Shown in pieces: positions 21,498 to 32,427 of a stretch of DNA of 64,000 bases (positions are counted from its first letter, which is position 1; every line of letters starts with the position of its first letter). The notes below the pieces were generated by a model. The model did no database searches. It saw only the letters and a program-made list of their open reading frames with translations, and was not told the DNA's origin. The stretch spans positions 1,674,001 to 1,738,000 of the forward strand of contig OZ361256.1 of NCBI GenBank assembly GCA_977018835.1. The letters run 5' to 3'. This DNA is from Minutocellus sp. GHC0000111 (Eukaryota). Made by a program: the position numbers and the translations under genes.

Positions 21498-24267
21498 CCG
21501 CCATATTCCCAAGCTGCAATCTTAGGACGAGACTGAGCCGATAGTATGGTCCATGCAAGATTTCCGATGCACATGGCGCAGTTGCCGGCGCCAATAAGGA
21601 CAACCGCGCCTTCAAGGATACTGGCAATGTAGTCATCGTTTGTAAACAATGCGATGATTGCGTTGGATTGGCACATGAAGATCGTGGTCAATGTCGCCGA
21701 CCAAACCAGACATGCTAACAGACTCTTGTATGCGGCAATCTTTGCCTTTCTTGGATTTGCTTGGCCCAAGTGATAACCAATGCGGATAATGGCTGCAGTG
21801 CCAATCCCCTCAGGAGACTGTTCAAAGAACTCCCATATAGCTCCGGCAACGGTCCACGCAGCAACATCACCAATATATGCAGCATAGAGTGTCACAATAT
21901 GCCACTCTCCGGAAGCTAGAAATTCGGACATGCCCAGCGGAATAGCAGTACGGATCAATTCCTTCACCAGAGTACCGTCTTAATTCCTTTCATGTCAAAC
22001 AAACCTTTCCGGAATGGCTTGAGCCATCCCATGCACGCGCAAAACGAATACATGAACACGCCGTACACCAACGATGACGCTGCCTCTAGCCAGGCTACGT
22101 CCACAAGACCAAAGTTGAATCTCACCATCCCTACAATAATCCCGAGGGTGTGAAAGACGCTGAACGAGGTATCAACGACTGACATTTGCCAAGCTTTCCC
22201 GTCAATCCTCATCAGGCCTCCGAGGGTATCTGAAAATCCGTCTCCGATGAAATGGTACAGTGACATGATTGGGATGTAGGATGCAGCCAGATGCGCGATG
22301 TCGTCGCCTAGGCCGAGATAAAGAGCAAAATCATCAATGAAGACAATCCAAATCGAATAGATGGGTATAGCGAGAAGCATGTAGAGACATACAGACAGTT
22401 GCACAACAGATCCAGCTCGGTAATAGTCACCAGACCCTACGGATTGTGCCACCATCACCTCTTCCGCTGCTCCGATTCCAGCCCCGATGATCTCGGTGAG
22501 AGACATGGCAAGGTCTACGATACCGTAAACAGCCAAGGCGTCAGATCCAAGATACTTGGAGACGAATGCCAACTGGCAGGCACTAAGAGTCGTCCCAATC
22601 ATCATTTCCACTGTCGTGGGCACAGCAATCTTTGCTATCTTCCGACTCTCCTTGTCAAAACAAAGAACAGCCCAGAGTGTGTCCCACCCTCGGATGGCGG
22701 AATTCAGCTGGCTCGTATCCAGTGCCTCAACCTGCTGGTCGCTTGGACTGGGTCTGTTCCAGAATTCCTCATTGTACCCCAATTTCATAGCCGCCGCCAT
22801 TTCGTCAGAGTCCAACTCGTTCCACTTCTTGTTTGTGGTAGCCACATCTTGACCTCCATCCCATGAGGTCTCGCAGTACCCCAAAACGATGGCTGCATTA
22901 CGGATGTTCGTCGGCAGATCCCTCCACTCATAGTCATCATACGCTCCATGGTTAATCGTTTCGTCATCTCCGGCGGTAATGTTGTCGGTAATGTCGTCCT
23001 CACTGTAGGAGCTGTAAAGTGTTGCAGACACCTGACCTCCGTGGAGCGCTTCGTTGTCAATCTCAACCACCCCACACCCAAGCAAGAGACGATGCAAGAG
23101 TTGTTCGTTACCACCTTGCTCTTCTTCCTTTCTAACGACGAAGGGCTTATCGTCTTCGGCGCTTCTGAGCGCAAGCTGGGCGGCAATGAAATGCTTACGA
23201 TGCCCCCCTCCCGGGCCGGCAAAGGCTCTGTATCCAACGAGTCGGGGAGTACTGGCGATGGCGTCGGTGCAAGCAGAAGTTGTTGTGCATTTGTTGCCCG
23301 AGGTGAGTCCCATGGGAGCTCCCATGTAGCCGTCACTACTACCACCTCCTCCACCTTCGCCTTCACCACTACCGGGACTGGCCATAAGCAAAATACGCGG
23401 CCCCTCCGGCTTGGGCGGGCCTCGATGGTTGATGGGTCGGTTAAGTCGACTAGCCTTGATAGATCGGTTCCCGATCAGTTCCTTCGACCGACTCTTGACG
23501 AGCCTCGGTATGTTGGACACTGCCTTTCCCAAAGAGGGCAATCTCTTGTGTTTTCGCACACTCGATTCTTCTGCCTCTTCACTTTCAAACGAAGTATTTG
23601 CTTCATCACTTTGCAATGCACCAACGCCTTCATTTTCACGACGAGCGGCGTCTCCCTACGCCCAACCATTTGTGGTGTGTCCAAAAATTGGATATCGTGA
23701 GAAGTCAAGAATTACAATTGTATCTTTCCGAATAATGTACGCATATGTCAAAGAAAAGATGACACAATACCAGACGTATGCGAAGGCATAATAACTCACC
23801 GGTAAAGTTACTGGGACATACACCGACGCATTGTCGTCGTCCAAGTCGACGAGGACTCGATCTTTCTTGTTCTTGTTGTCATAACCATCATCATCACCAA
23901 ACGTTCCCATCTCGATTGCCATCTCGGGGCCATTGCCATGTGACGACGGCGACGGGGTGTCCGATGACGCAGCTGACAATGTTGAAGTGTGGCCACTGCT
24001 GCTACCACTAGGTGACACAGCAAGCTCGTGCTTAGCTGTCACGTCATTATCATCATGGCGCATGTTCAATGCCTTTCGCCGTGCCATTGCCGATTTGAGC
24101 TTGCGATCTTTGCGCATCTTCCGAATTAGCATGGTGAAAGGATGCAACAAAACGACAAGCAAGATGAGGTAGCCTATTGTCAACCGTGGGAGCCACGGTC
24201 CCGGATCGACGACAACCGAGCTGCTTTCGTCGCCGTACGAACGATAGTTGCTGTTACCATTGGCCAT
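21498..24267 (-). pseudogene. MATE (multidrug and toxin extrusion) transporter, 5' portion; intron 23656..23799; 1-bp frameshift at ~21979; interrupted at ~21500
   Basis: KIAKIAVPTT, FVSKYLGSDALAVYG, QSVGSGDY, EGIGTAAIIRIGYHLGQANPRKAK. The GT-AG intron joins VTLP|GDAAR. Adding one G gives GIKDGTLVKELIRTAIPL. Confidence 0.85.
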
Positions 24268-24658
24268 GACAAAAATACCAAAAATACACAAATTAGTGCG
24301 ACGGTGGGCACCGACAATGGAAATCAATCGGCTTATCGTGCCTTCGCTGCCAGTCACTCTGGCTAAACTAGTCCGAGCTACTCTACTAGGCCTATCGTGA
24401 GAGCAGTTTGAGGCAATGGCAAACAATTCCCTCTTGCTACGACAATGAGCATCTGTCCGGCGACCCAATGCGGATCAAGAAAGCGCGCGAGGCTATCGAC
24501 GAAATTCACCTTCATTGATGATGATGAAAGCAGAAAGATTTGAATTTTACTACTTGCACTCCCTGAGCTCTCGTCTTTCCTTCGCTCGCTCAGTCACCGG
24601 GCGGGGAGGCAGCGGATCAAGGGCAATCAAAGGGGCAAAAGCTGTAAAGGCAAGCAAG

Positions 24659-27421
24659 ATGGAGACCGTACTAGTAAGCTCCGGGGGTGGGACCGACAAT
24701 CCTCTGGACAGCTTTACAGTTGCCGATGGTGACGCTTCGGCTCTTCTTTCTAAATTGATCAGCCTGGGATATCTTTGCTCGGACGATTGCTACGACGGGG
24801 ACGGCGAGCGCCGACAAAACCCCCTGCTCCCTCTCGGCGAGCCCGACGAATACACCTTGGAAACCACTCGGCAGGCCAAGGAATGCCTGGCAAAGCGCCA
24901 CAAAGATGAATATTTTAGTTCTAGCGATGCAAATGATTGCTGCGTCGTTCTAATTCAAGGCAGTGCCGCTGCCGCTGGCGGATGCATCACTCGCGATCAG
25001 CTGATTCGGGATGTGGAAACGTCTCTCGATTCCACCAAGTTCAACGGCAGAGCATCACTCTCTGACCTTGCCAAACACCACGGCGTGGACGTCGGGGCAA
25101 TGGAAATTGCGGTAAAATCTGGAACGTATCTGCGCGTGCATGACGAAGTAATCTCGACCAATCATCTCGATGTGCTCCTGAAAAAGATATCTGAGATGCT
25201 TGTGCAGAATGGCGGGCATCTTCCAATTGCCACTTTGGCCGCAGACGTTTGCGACCTGCCCTTGGATGTGTGTTTGAATTCCGTGCTAAGCAAGGAACGC
25301 CTGCCGCAATTATCGGGTCTATTGGGAAATGACACTACTGTGCGGATTGCTAATCTTCACTCTCTTGATGGTGCAGGTATGGCCACCCGTCGCGAACTGG
25401 TAACATCCGCGTATGATCACGAACGGGCAATGCGTATGAAAGAGAAGCTCGAAGGTGCCCAAGAGCCGGTGCCATTAGGGCCAATCATTCAGGACTTGAT
25501 GTGGGACGATAGGGAAGCATTGGGACGCATCGTGAAGTTTTGCGGAAACGCCGACGGGGGTGAAGCTTTGGATGGCACCGTCAAGGGCGTTGGCGATGGC
25601 AAAACTGCCGATACTGCTATGTACGTTCCCACTTCCTACCTCCAAAAACAGAGACGATCTGTAGGGGAGTATTTTCGATCCAATGGATATGTCACTCTGA
25701 CTTTCATTACATCGCTGGGTGTAACGATAGGAGATAGCAAGGTATCATTTGTGACAGAGTGCTGCGGCCAGAATGACTTTGATGACGACAATATTGTCGA
25801 GCTACCAAACTCTGTTATCAGTGCAAAAGATATCATCAGCCCCTTGGAGGGCTTGATTGAAGAGGCGAATTCACTGCGGTCATTCATGGACTTTAGCTCT
25901 GCTCTGCCCGAGACTCTATTGTCCGATGAGGCTGATGTTCGTAAGCTATTGGAGGAAATCGTTCCAGATAGGCTATCAGAAGACGTCGGTTTCTCCAAGG
26001 GCACTGTGGTGATTTGTGATGGGGGAGCACTCTACTGCAGCTCAAAAATGGCAAAGGACATGGAATCGAAAGTATTGATACCGCTCATTGAGACATACGG
26101 CGAAGAACGAGCGAAGGAGATTGATGAGGCCAAAGCTGCAGCTTCCAAGAAAACGAAGAAGTCACCAGACGTAGGGGAAGAAGGCGAAATCATCACAACC
26201 GGCGCAAAACTGAAGAAAAAAAGCAAGAAGTCGAGTCAACGAGAAGGCGACGACAACCTGCCACCAGTAGACGACTCGCCGGGCATTGTACCGCTTGAGG
26301 ATGTTGTGGCGACTCTTGTTAAAGAGTATCCAGCCCTTGGCGAGATGGTGGAAAACGATGTTCCACATCTCACTGGCGACGAGATTTTGTGGGATCCCGA
26401 GGACGGACATGACGGCACTGGGCTGGTATTTGAGCTTTGCCGAAAAGTATTTGGTCCTTCGAAGGTTGCCAAAAAGTGTGCCCGAGCTGTAAAGCTGGAG
26501 CTAGATAAAATCGAGTCGACGAAGCAAGGCATCTCTCTTGGTGGTCGCAGGGCAGGTGCACTCCAGGCAGCTTCAATCGAAGAGTCATTCGAAGCAAGCT
26601 TTGCTGATGCATGTCATTTGGTTCAGATTCTTGCCAAGCTTCCTCAATTGCTCGAAGGTAGTGATGTGGCCGATGATGAATCTTTAGCAAAGTTACAACG
26701 CGACTTCCTATTGGGATGCGCGTCCGATTTTGCTCGTCGGCTAACGAGGTTTGCGTTATACAAACATCAAGTTGATGAGGGAATATTCACATTTGATCCC
26801 CGGATTACTACTGGTACTTCTGCCAAGAGCAACGATTTGCCTGATGTAGCAGTGCGCACATTTCCCAAAACATTACTCAGTTGTACGCCCAAAGAAGATG
26901 GGAGGAGTCGAGAAACGCTTGCAACACTTCGAGAGGTCCTCCCTGGCAGTGTTGGCGTTGAACTCGCCCGCCTATGGAAGTGCCTGCCAGGGGAGGTTAC
27001 CGACGACCCATATGTTCGATCTGGAAATATGGATGACTTCCTCAAACAAGCCGAGGAATCCTGTCTCATAATTTGTGGCCTTCCCTATAAAAAGAGCAAC
27101 AAGAAAGCTGAAAAGAAGATAATGTTCGAGCGGAGAAAACAGCTCACGACCTTGCTGGAAGCATCGTCTGATCCGGTGGAGATCCTCCAATGTACAATAA
27201 TTCTGCTCTACCAACAAATCAAGAGCATTGCTGTCGCCGGCGATGAGCTCTTTGGGGTGGTGTTGGATAAGCTCTGTAACGAAAAGAAGATCAATGGCGT
27301 CGTGAAGCAGACCTTGTTTGAGATGCGCGATCAGGTAGTGCAGCAGAAAGCAGATGGTGAGTTGATGAATGCGGTGAAAGCATGTGGGCTGAGTCGGGAT
27401 ATAACTTCTCACGAAAACTAG
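24659..27421 (+). CDS. UFL1: E3 UFM1-protein ligase 1-like
   Basis: ITRDQLIRDV...GRASLSDLA...GVD winged-helix repeats, YFRSNGYV...LGV, basic KKKSKK linker and C-terminal KK..KKAEKK pattern; ~920 aa. Confidence 0.75.
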   Translation: METVLVSSGGGTDNPLDSFTVADGDASALLSKLISLGYLCSDDCYDGDGERRQNPLLPLGEPDEYTLETTRQAKECLAKRHKDEYFSSSDANDCCVVLIQGSAAAAGGCITRDQLIRDVETSLDSTKFNGRASLSDLAKHHGVDVGAMEIAVKSGTYLRVHDEVISTNHLDVLLKKISEMLVQNGGHLPIATLAADVCDLPLDVCLNSVLSKERLPQLSGLLGNDTTVRIANLHSLDGAGMATRRELVTSAYDHERAMRMKEKLEGAQEPVPLGPIIQDLMWDDREALGRIVKFCGNADGGEALDGTVKGVGDGKTADTAMYVPTSYLQKQRRSVGEYFRSNGYVTLTFITSLGVTIGDSKVSFVTECCGQNDFDDDNIVELPNSVISAKDIISPLEGLIEEANSLRSFMDFSSALPETLLSDEADVRKLLEEIVPDRLSEDVGFSKGTVVICDGGALYCSSKMAKDMESKVLIPLIETYGEERAKEIDEAKAAASKKTKKSPDVGEEGEIITTGAKLKKKSKKSSQREGDDNLPPVDDSPGIVPLEDVVATLVKEYPALGEMVENDVPHLTGDEILWDPEDGHDGTGLVFELCRKVFGPSKVAKKCARAVKLELDKIESTKQGISLGGRRAGALQAASIEESFEASFADACHLVQILAKLPQLLEGSDVADDESLAKLQRDFLLGCASDFARRLTRFALYKHQVDEGIFTFDPRITTGTSAKSNDLPDVAVRTFPKTLLSCTPKEDGRSRETLATLREVLPGSVGVELARLWKCLPGEVTDDPYVRSGNMDDFLKQAEESCLIICGLPYKKSNKKAEKKIMFERRKQLTTLLEASSDPVEILQCTIILLYQQIKSIAVAGDELFGVVLDKLCNEKKINGVVKQTLFEMRDQVVQQKADGELMNAVKACGLSRDITSHEN

Positions 27422-27562
27422 CATCATTGGCACTTGTAAGAAGTGACGTCTTCCTTGTAACATCATACCATATTCTATTAGGAATTTCTATGTGTGCATG
27501 GGCAGGTGTTTCCATGCGAGAAGTTACAAAATGCTGTACAGGTACATCGTACAATATATACA

Positions 27563-28519
27563 TCACTCTAATCCCATTCTTCCCGCAGCTCCAAGTAGAC
27601 CAACAAGGGTTTCTCTTCCGTTCCCACTGCCACCGCCATCACCATCTTCTTCATCTTCATCTTCGTTTCGCCGATTGTTGTTGCTGTTATCAGGATTCTC
27701 GGCGTCGCCGGCACCTTCTTGCCGTGGCTGGCCCTGCTGTGGCGGTCCTCCTTCCTCTTCGCCTTCAGCATCACGATCCCTCCGCACGGCAGCCTCGTCG
27801 AGAATGCCCATGACGATTCCGCGATTTCGAGCCGACGTGGAGCTTGCCCTCGACACGGCCGCAAGTCGCTCTGGGCTGAGAGGGGCAACTCCGTCGTCCT
27901 CGTCGGCGCGCTGCCTCTCCTGTTCCTCGAGGACGTCGTCGATGAGCTGATCTCGTGCCTGCTGCCGCATCTGCATGACCGTATTGTCCCTCATGTGCTC
28001 CAATCCTCGGAAGCAGTACTCCTCTTGCTCGTCTTGCATTTCTTCGCCTTCTCCCCCTCCCTCGACCGGGGGATTGGCATTGGCACCCTGGCCTATGCTA
28101 AGCCCATTGTTGGCTTGCTGCTGCTGGTCATTGTTGCCCTGCTGCTGCGGAGCTTGAGGCTGCTGCTGCTCCTGCAGGTGCCGTCTCATGGCAGTAATGT
28201 TTCGAACGACGTCCAGGAGCATGTCCCCGTTCTCGTCCTCGTCGTAGTAGAGGGCCTGAAGGATGTCGTCGTCCAGATCGTGCAGCGATGGGACATGCCG
28301 GGTGCTGGTCGACGGGGCGAATCGAATCGATTGTCCTGGGGGTTGGGGCGGATTCTGCTGGTCGCCGGCAGCAGCATTGGAAGTGGAAGTGGAGCCATCG
28401 CCCCCTCGCATATCGGCGTCATTCTCGGTTACCTCAAGGGTGGCATTGGCGTCGGCGCTGCCGGCGTTGGATGCCGAGGCTGGCCGGCGCTGCTCGCGTT
28501 CGTCACCCCCATTGGTCAT
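27563..28519 (-). CDS. Hypothetical protein of the diatom 'RGLE...VLEEQ.RQ' family
   Basis: SIRFAP, CFRGLEH, DVLEEQERQR, PERLAAVSRASS...ARNRG...DE motifs. Confidence 0.7.
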   Translation of the reverse strand: MTNGGDEREQRRPASASNAGSADANATLEVTENDADMRGGDGSTSTSNAAAGDQQNPPQPPGQSIRFAPSTSTRHVPSLHDLDDDILQALYYDEDENGDMLLDVVRNITAMRRHLQEQQQPQAPQQQGNNDQQQQANNGLSIGQGANANPPVEGGGEGEEMQDEQEEYCFRGLEHMRDNTVMQMRQQARDQLIDDVLEEQERQRADEDDGVAPLSPERLAAVSRASSTSARNRGIVMGILDEAAVRRDRDAEGEEEGGPPQQGQPRQEGAGDAENPDNSNNNRRNEDEDEEDGDGGGSGNGRETLVGLLGAAGRMGLE

Positions 28520-29085
28520 TGCACAATCTCAAAGAGCGGCTTAGTCCGAATGAGAATGAATGAAGCAATTCGCCGGACGAGCAAGACAAATAAATAAATG
28601 AGCAAGCCACCAAGCAGCAACAACAGAGCAACAGATCCTATCGAAGCGGGAATATGCCAAGCGTCCTCCCTACACCTGTTTTCTTTCCTGCTCGCCGGTC
28701 CGAATGACCATGCAGTTTCCCCGCGAGAGTTGGTGCGTTGGTGCCCGGAAGAATTGCATGCGGCCGGGCAGGGTGATCATGATTGTGCATGGCTGCTACT
28801 CGCATGTGCAGGTCCCAGAAGAATGTCATCGGAAAATGTGTATGAACCCATCATGAAAGGAAATTCCTACATCTGATGAGAACTGCGGGCCAACGTACGT
28901 AAAGTTTTACGTACGTACAGCAAATGACGACGTACGTACAGTAGCTCTCTTCGCAGCTCGGTCATTTTTTTATCTTGCGTTCTTGCTTGCAATCGGCACT
29001 ATCGGCACTGGCTGCCCTGCGCGCTGCCTTGGCAAATCCTCGACTCTACGCGCTCCAGGCAGGCACGTGCAAGCGAAAAGAAACC

Positions 29086-30669
29086 ATGCCCACCCCCTTG
29101 TCCTCCGCGCCATTACTTCCGCTGCTGACCATTGCCTCGTGGCTGATCTCGGGGGGGCAATGCTTCCTCGGCGACGTCGCCGTGTTTCCCACGCCCACGT
29201 CGAGGAACCGACGAGCATGCACTAGCACAGCACTGAACTACATCCAATACGGCGGCATCATCGACGAGAATAACAACACCAACGGCAGCAACAACCGTCC
29301 AAATCAGGGCAGGCGGATACCCCGGCGGCTCGTCATTCCCCTTGTTGGGCCGATACCGAACGCACCGCCGCTCCTGGTGGGAGGAGAAATGCTGCTCAGC
29401 CCGCCCACACCAGGGCAGTAGCAGGGGTTGCAGGAGGCTGTTGCCATCCACCGCAATGCGCTGGCAACAGAGGATCAGCAGCTTCAAGAAGACGGAACTA
29501 TTGATGCTGCGCCGCTCGTAGCGGTGATTGACGGCGTGACGGGAGGACCGACGGCGATGGCAGGCAGACACGCCACACTGGCCGCCGTGGTGGGCATATC
29601 GTCCAAGGACTGGTCGGATGCGGACGGTCAGGAGGCCTTCTGGGATTCGATCATGGCACCCTCCAGCTGTGGTGATATTATCCGTCCATTCAGCAGCACG
29701 GTGCGTTTGGTCGGCGTTGGGAGGGCCAAGCTGAGCAATTTCTTCCACCGAACTCCGACGGGTTTGCTGGATGGATCGGGTGGGGATGACCTCTCGGCAT
29801 CAGATGAAGAGATTGCCTCCTCCCTCGGCCAAGACCGGAGTTGGGACGAAGACGACGACGGCGAAGCATACGACCCGCCTATCATCATGGCCCAATTTAC
29901 CCCGCTGGTGGATGGACCTGCCGATTCACGTGCTGATGCCAAGACACTGGGCAACAAGGAGTCGCGGAGTGTGTATAGATCGCCAGTGCATGCAATAAGT
30001 GAGCTGAACAGTATGCTCCATCGAGTCACGTGGATGCATGACGATCGGAGACGGCTTGTAAATGGCATCACGGCCGCCAAGGCTAGACTGGACGCTAGGA
30101 AATCAAAAGACAATGGGGACGCAGGAGTTGAATACAACGACTTTGACGATTTGGGCTGGGTCGGATCACCACAATCAGATGCGATAGCGTCAGGAGGCGA
30201 AATGAAAGCCAAGGATGAGATGTCAATGGGTGATTTCCTCTCAAGCTATCACAATTCCCATACTTCGTCGGATCCTCTTACCGAGCTGGCACAAGCGGAG
30301 GAGCGAGAGAAGGCTGTCAACTTTTTGGAAGGCCGTGAGAATTTAGGCCTAAGTTACTTCGGGTACTTCAGCTCTGTCCCGAAGCTCACGGAACAGGCTC
30401 TGAAGTTGTTTGTGCCGTACTATAGCGAAGAACATCGGTCGAGGGAGGAGCATGAATTTGAGATCGCCAGCTTTGTCGCATTAAGGACCGTAGAGGGCTA
30501 CGCAAGCCCGACAGAAATAGGTTGGGCACTGCAATCAACGTCAACGATTGAACGTTTGCAGGCCACGTACGACATCATGGCAACTCACCGCATTCAACTG
30601 GAGAAAATGGCCGAACACTTATCCCAGGAATTACTTGACTGTGGTGAAGAGTGCACGGACTTGTGGTGA
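29086..30669 (+). CDS. Organelle-targeted hypothetical protein (weak Lon N-terminal-like); in-frame TAG at 29419-29421
   Basis: ORFs 28975..29421 and 29428..30669 share one frame and are separated only by TAG. Signal-like leader MPTPLSSAPLLPLLTIASWLISGGQCF; VRLVGVGR and ALQSTSTIERL motifs; C-terminal CGEECTDLW. Confidence 0.7.
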
Positions 30670-30716
30670 TGGGGGCTACGTGTAGGCTAGAGATCCAGGA
30701 TAAGAAATCTTATATA

Positions 30717-31466
30717 TGTTAGTCCCAAAATGCGCACTGTCCCAGTTCGCGAACTGGGATCCCAGTTTGCGAACTGAGATTCATTTATCCCAGTTTGCGC
30801 ACTGGGCCCCAGTTCCCAAACTAGGATCTCAGTTTGCGCACTGATACTACCAGAATGGAAACTGAGATAAACACGCCAATCCGAATTTGGGAACCAGACG
30901 AGTTCGCGAACTGGAACAAAAATGAATACCAGTTTGGAAACTGGCATTCTCGGCAAGTGTCAGAATGGTAACTGCCGGTGTTGGCTCATGCACAATGATT
31001 ATGTACTGGTAGATCTATCTACAATACAAGTTGCACTGTGCATCATATCTTGAATTTGCAAGCTACATGTACTGGTACAGTAGCAACATGATGCCGGCAT
31101 AGCACAGATGCATGTACAGTTCATGACTTATATTTGCCAGAAGCAGCTAGCTAGATATTATTATTTTTTCACTATATGAATTTAGTATCAGCTAATGCCA
31201 ATTTATTGAGTATCAGCTCCGGCACTAATGTCGTCTGGACGTCTGGACCAGGTTTGGGCTGTGTTGCTTCACTATGAAAAAATGAAGCGAGGAGAAGCAA
31301 AGGCGATATCATCCATGCTAAATATTCATTATTTCTCGATCGATCCCAGTTTGCAAACTGAGATTGTGCCTATGATCCCAGTTTGCAAACTGGGATAAAT
31401 AAATCCTAGTTCGCAAACTGGGATCCCAGTTCGCGAACTGGGACAGTGCGCATTTTGGGACTAACA
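30717..31466. mobile_element. Non-autonomous DNA transposon (MITE), 750 bp, TGT...ACA ends, flanked by TA
   Basis: Perfect 59-bp inverted repeats 30717-30775 and 31408-31466, imperfect for ~30 bp further. About 11-12 copies of the palindrome CCCAGTTYGCRAACTGGG; non-coding AT-rich core. Confidence 0.92.
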
Positions 31467-31549
31467 TAATATATATATTAAGAAGAAAGACTAAATTTAT
31501 GTGTGTACATGTAGCTACACGAAGTACATGTAGTACATGCACAATCGTC

Positions 31550-31599
31550 ACATGTAAGCAATTGAGACTCGGGCCCGAGGTCTCAAATTGTTTACATGT
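31550..31599. repeat. 50-bp near-perfect palindrome (hairpin)
   Basis: ACATGTAAGCAATTGAGACTCGGG|CCCGAGGTCTCAAATTGTTTACATGT; one G-T pair and two 1-nt bulges. Confidence 0.85.
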
Positions 31600-31751
31600 A
31601 TTTTGGAATAAGGAATAACATGCGAATGAGGTACCAATTAGCTCTTAGAATGAGGAGTATGCTCAGAATCTCAGCCCTCACCTAAGCAATTGCTTATAGT
31701 AGGTGAGAACGGACTGTACATGTAAAAGTAAAAAGCAGGCGTTTCGTGCCC

Positions 31752-31853
31752 TTCCCACTTTCCGAAAGTAGCCCTAATAAATAATCAGAAAGTGAAAAAG
31801 GTTACGAGCAAGCGCACAAAGGATTTATGTTCCCACTTTCTGAAAGTAGCCCT
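31752..31853. repeat. Two 24-bp direct repeats with an internal palindrome
   Basis: TTCCCACTTTCYGAAAGTAGCCCT at 31752-31775 and 31830-31853 (1 mismatch, 54-bp spacer). Confidence 0.85.
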
Positions 31854-32427
31854 GAAGCCAGAGAGTGGAAAAATAAATGTGTATGGTGACCACGCGCCGC
31901 ACAAAGGATGTATTTATTTGTTTGCATCAGAAATCCCGAAATCCCCCAGAAATCGTCCTGGCCTGATGATGTCAAAAAGATGCTGAGCGGGCTTATGGGC
32001 TTATGTACGCCATGCAACGTGTTCTCGGGGGAGCTGGCAACGTGGTTGCCACGTTGGAACGTGGCAAACGCGTGCCGAGTAGAATGAGGCCGAGATGGTG
32101 CGCGCAAATGCAGAAGAGGCGCCACTTCACATAAATGCATTCCAACATGCGAATTATTGCTCCCAGTACGCCTGCCTCCATGGCGGTCTTAGTATGTATG
32201 TATGCCCCGTAACTGTCCGAATTCCGTTTTCTTTGACGGACCAGGCAATAGAAAGGCAAAATATATGTTGGAAAGCCCCTTTTTACTACCAAAACAAACG
32301 TTCATAGTGACCATGCTTGGTGGGCACATTGGCCATCGAACACCAATTTCACTTCTGATGACCAATGGCGCCGAACTTTCCGATTGAATAAGAAAACACA
32401 AATCAACGGAAAGCATCACTCACTTCA

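Noticed and set aside
30741..30945. Array of palindromic 18-mers resembling CRISPR or REP repeats
   Set aside because: Explained as subterminal repeats of the MITE; they are mirrored at its other end.
31752..31853. CRISPR-like repeat-spacer-repeat with an internal hairpin
   Set aside because: Only two repeats, a 54-bp spacer, flanking sequence also partly repeated, eukaryotic context and no cas genes.
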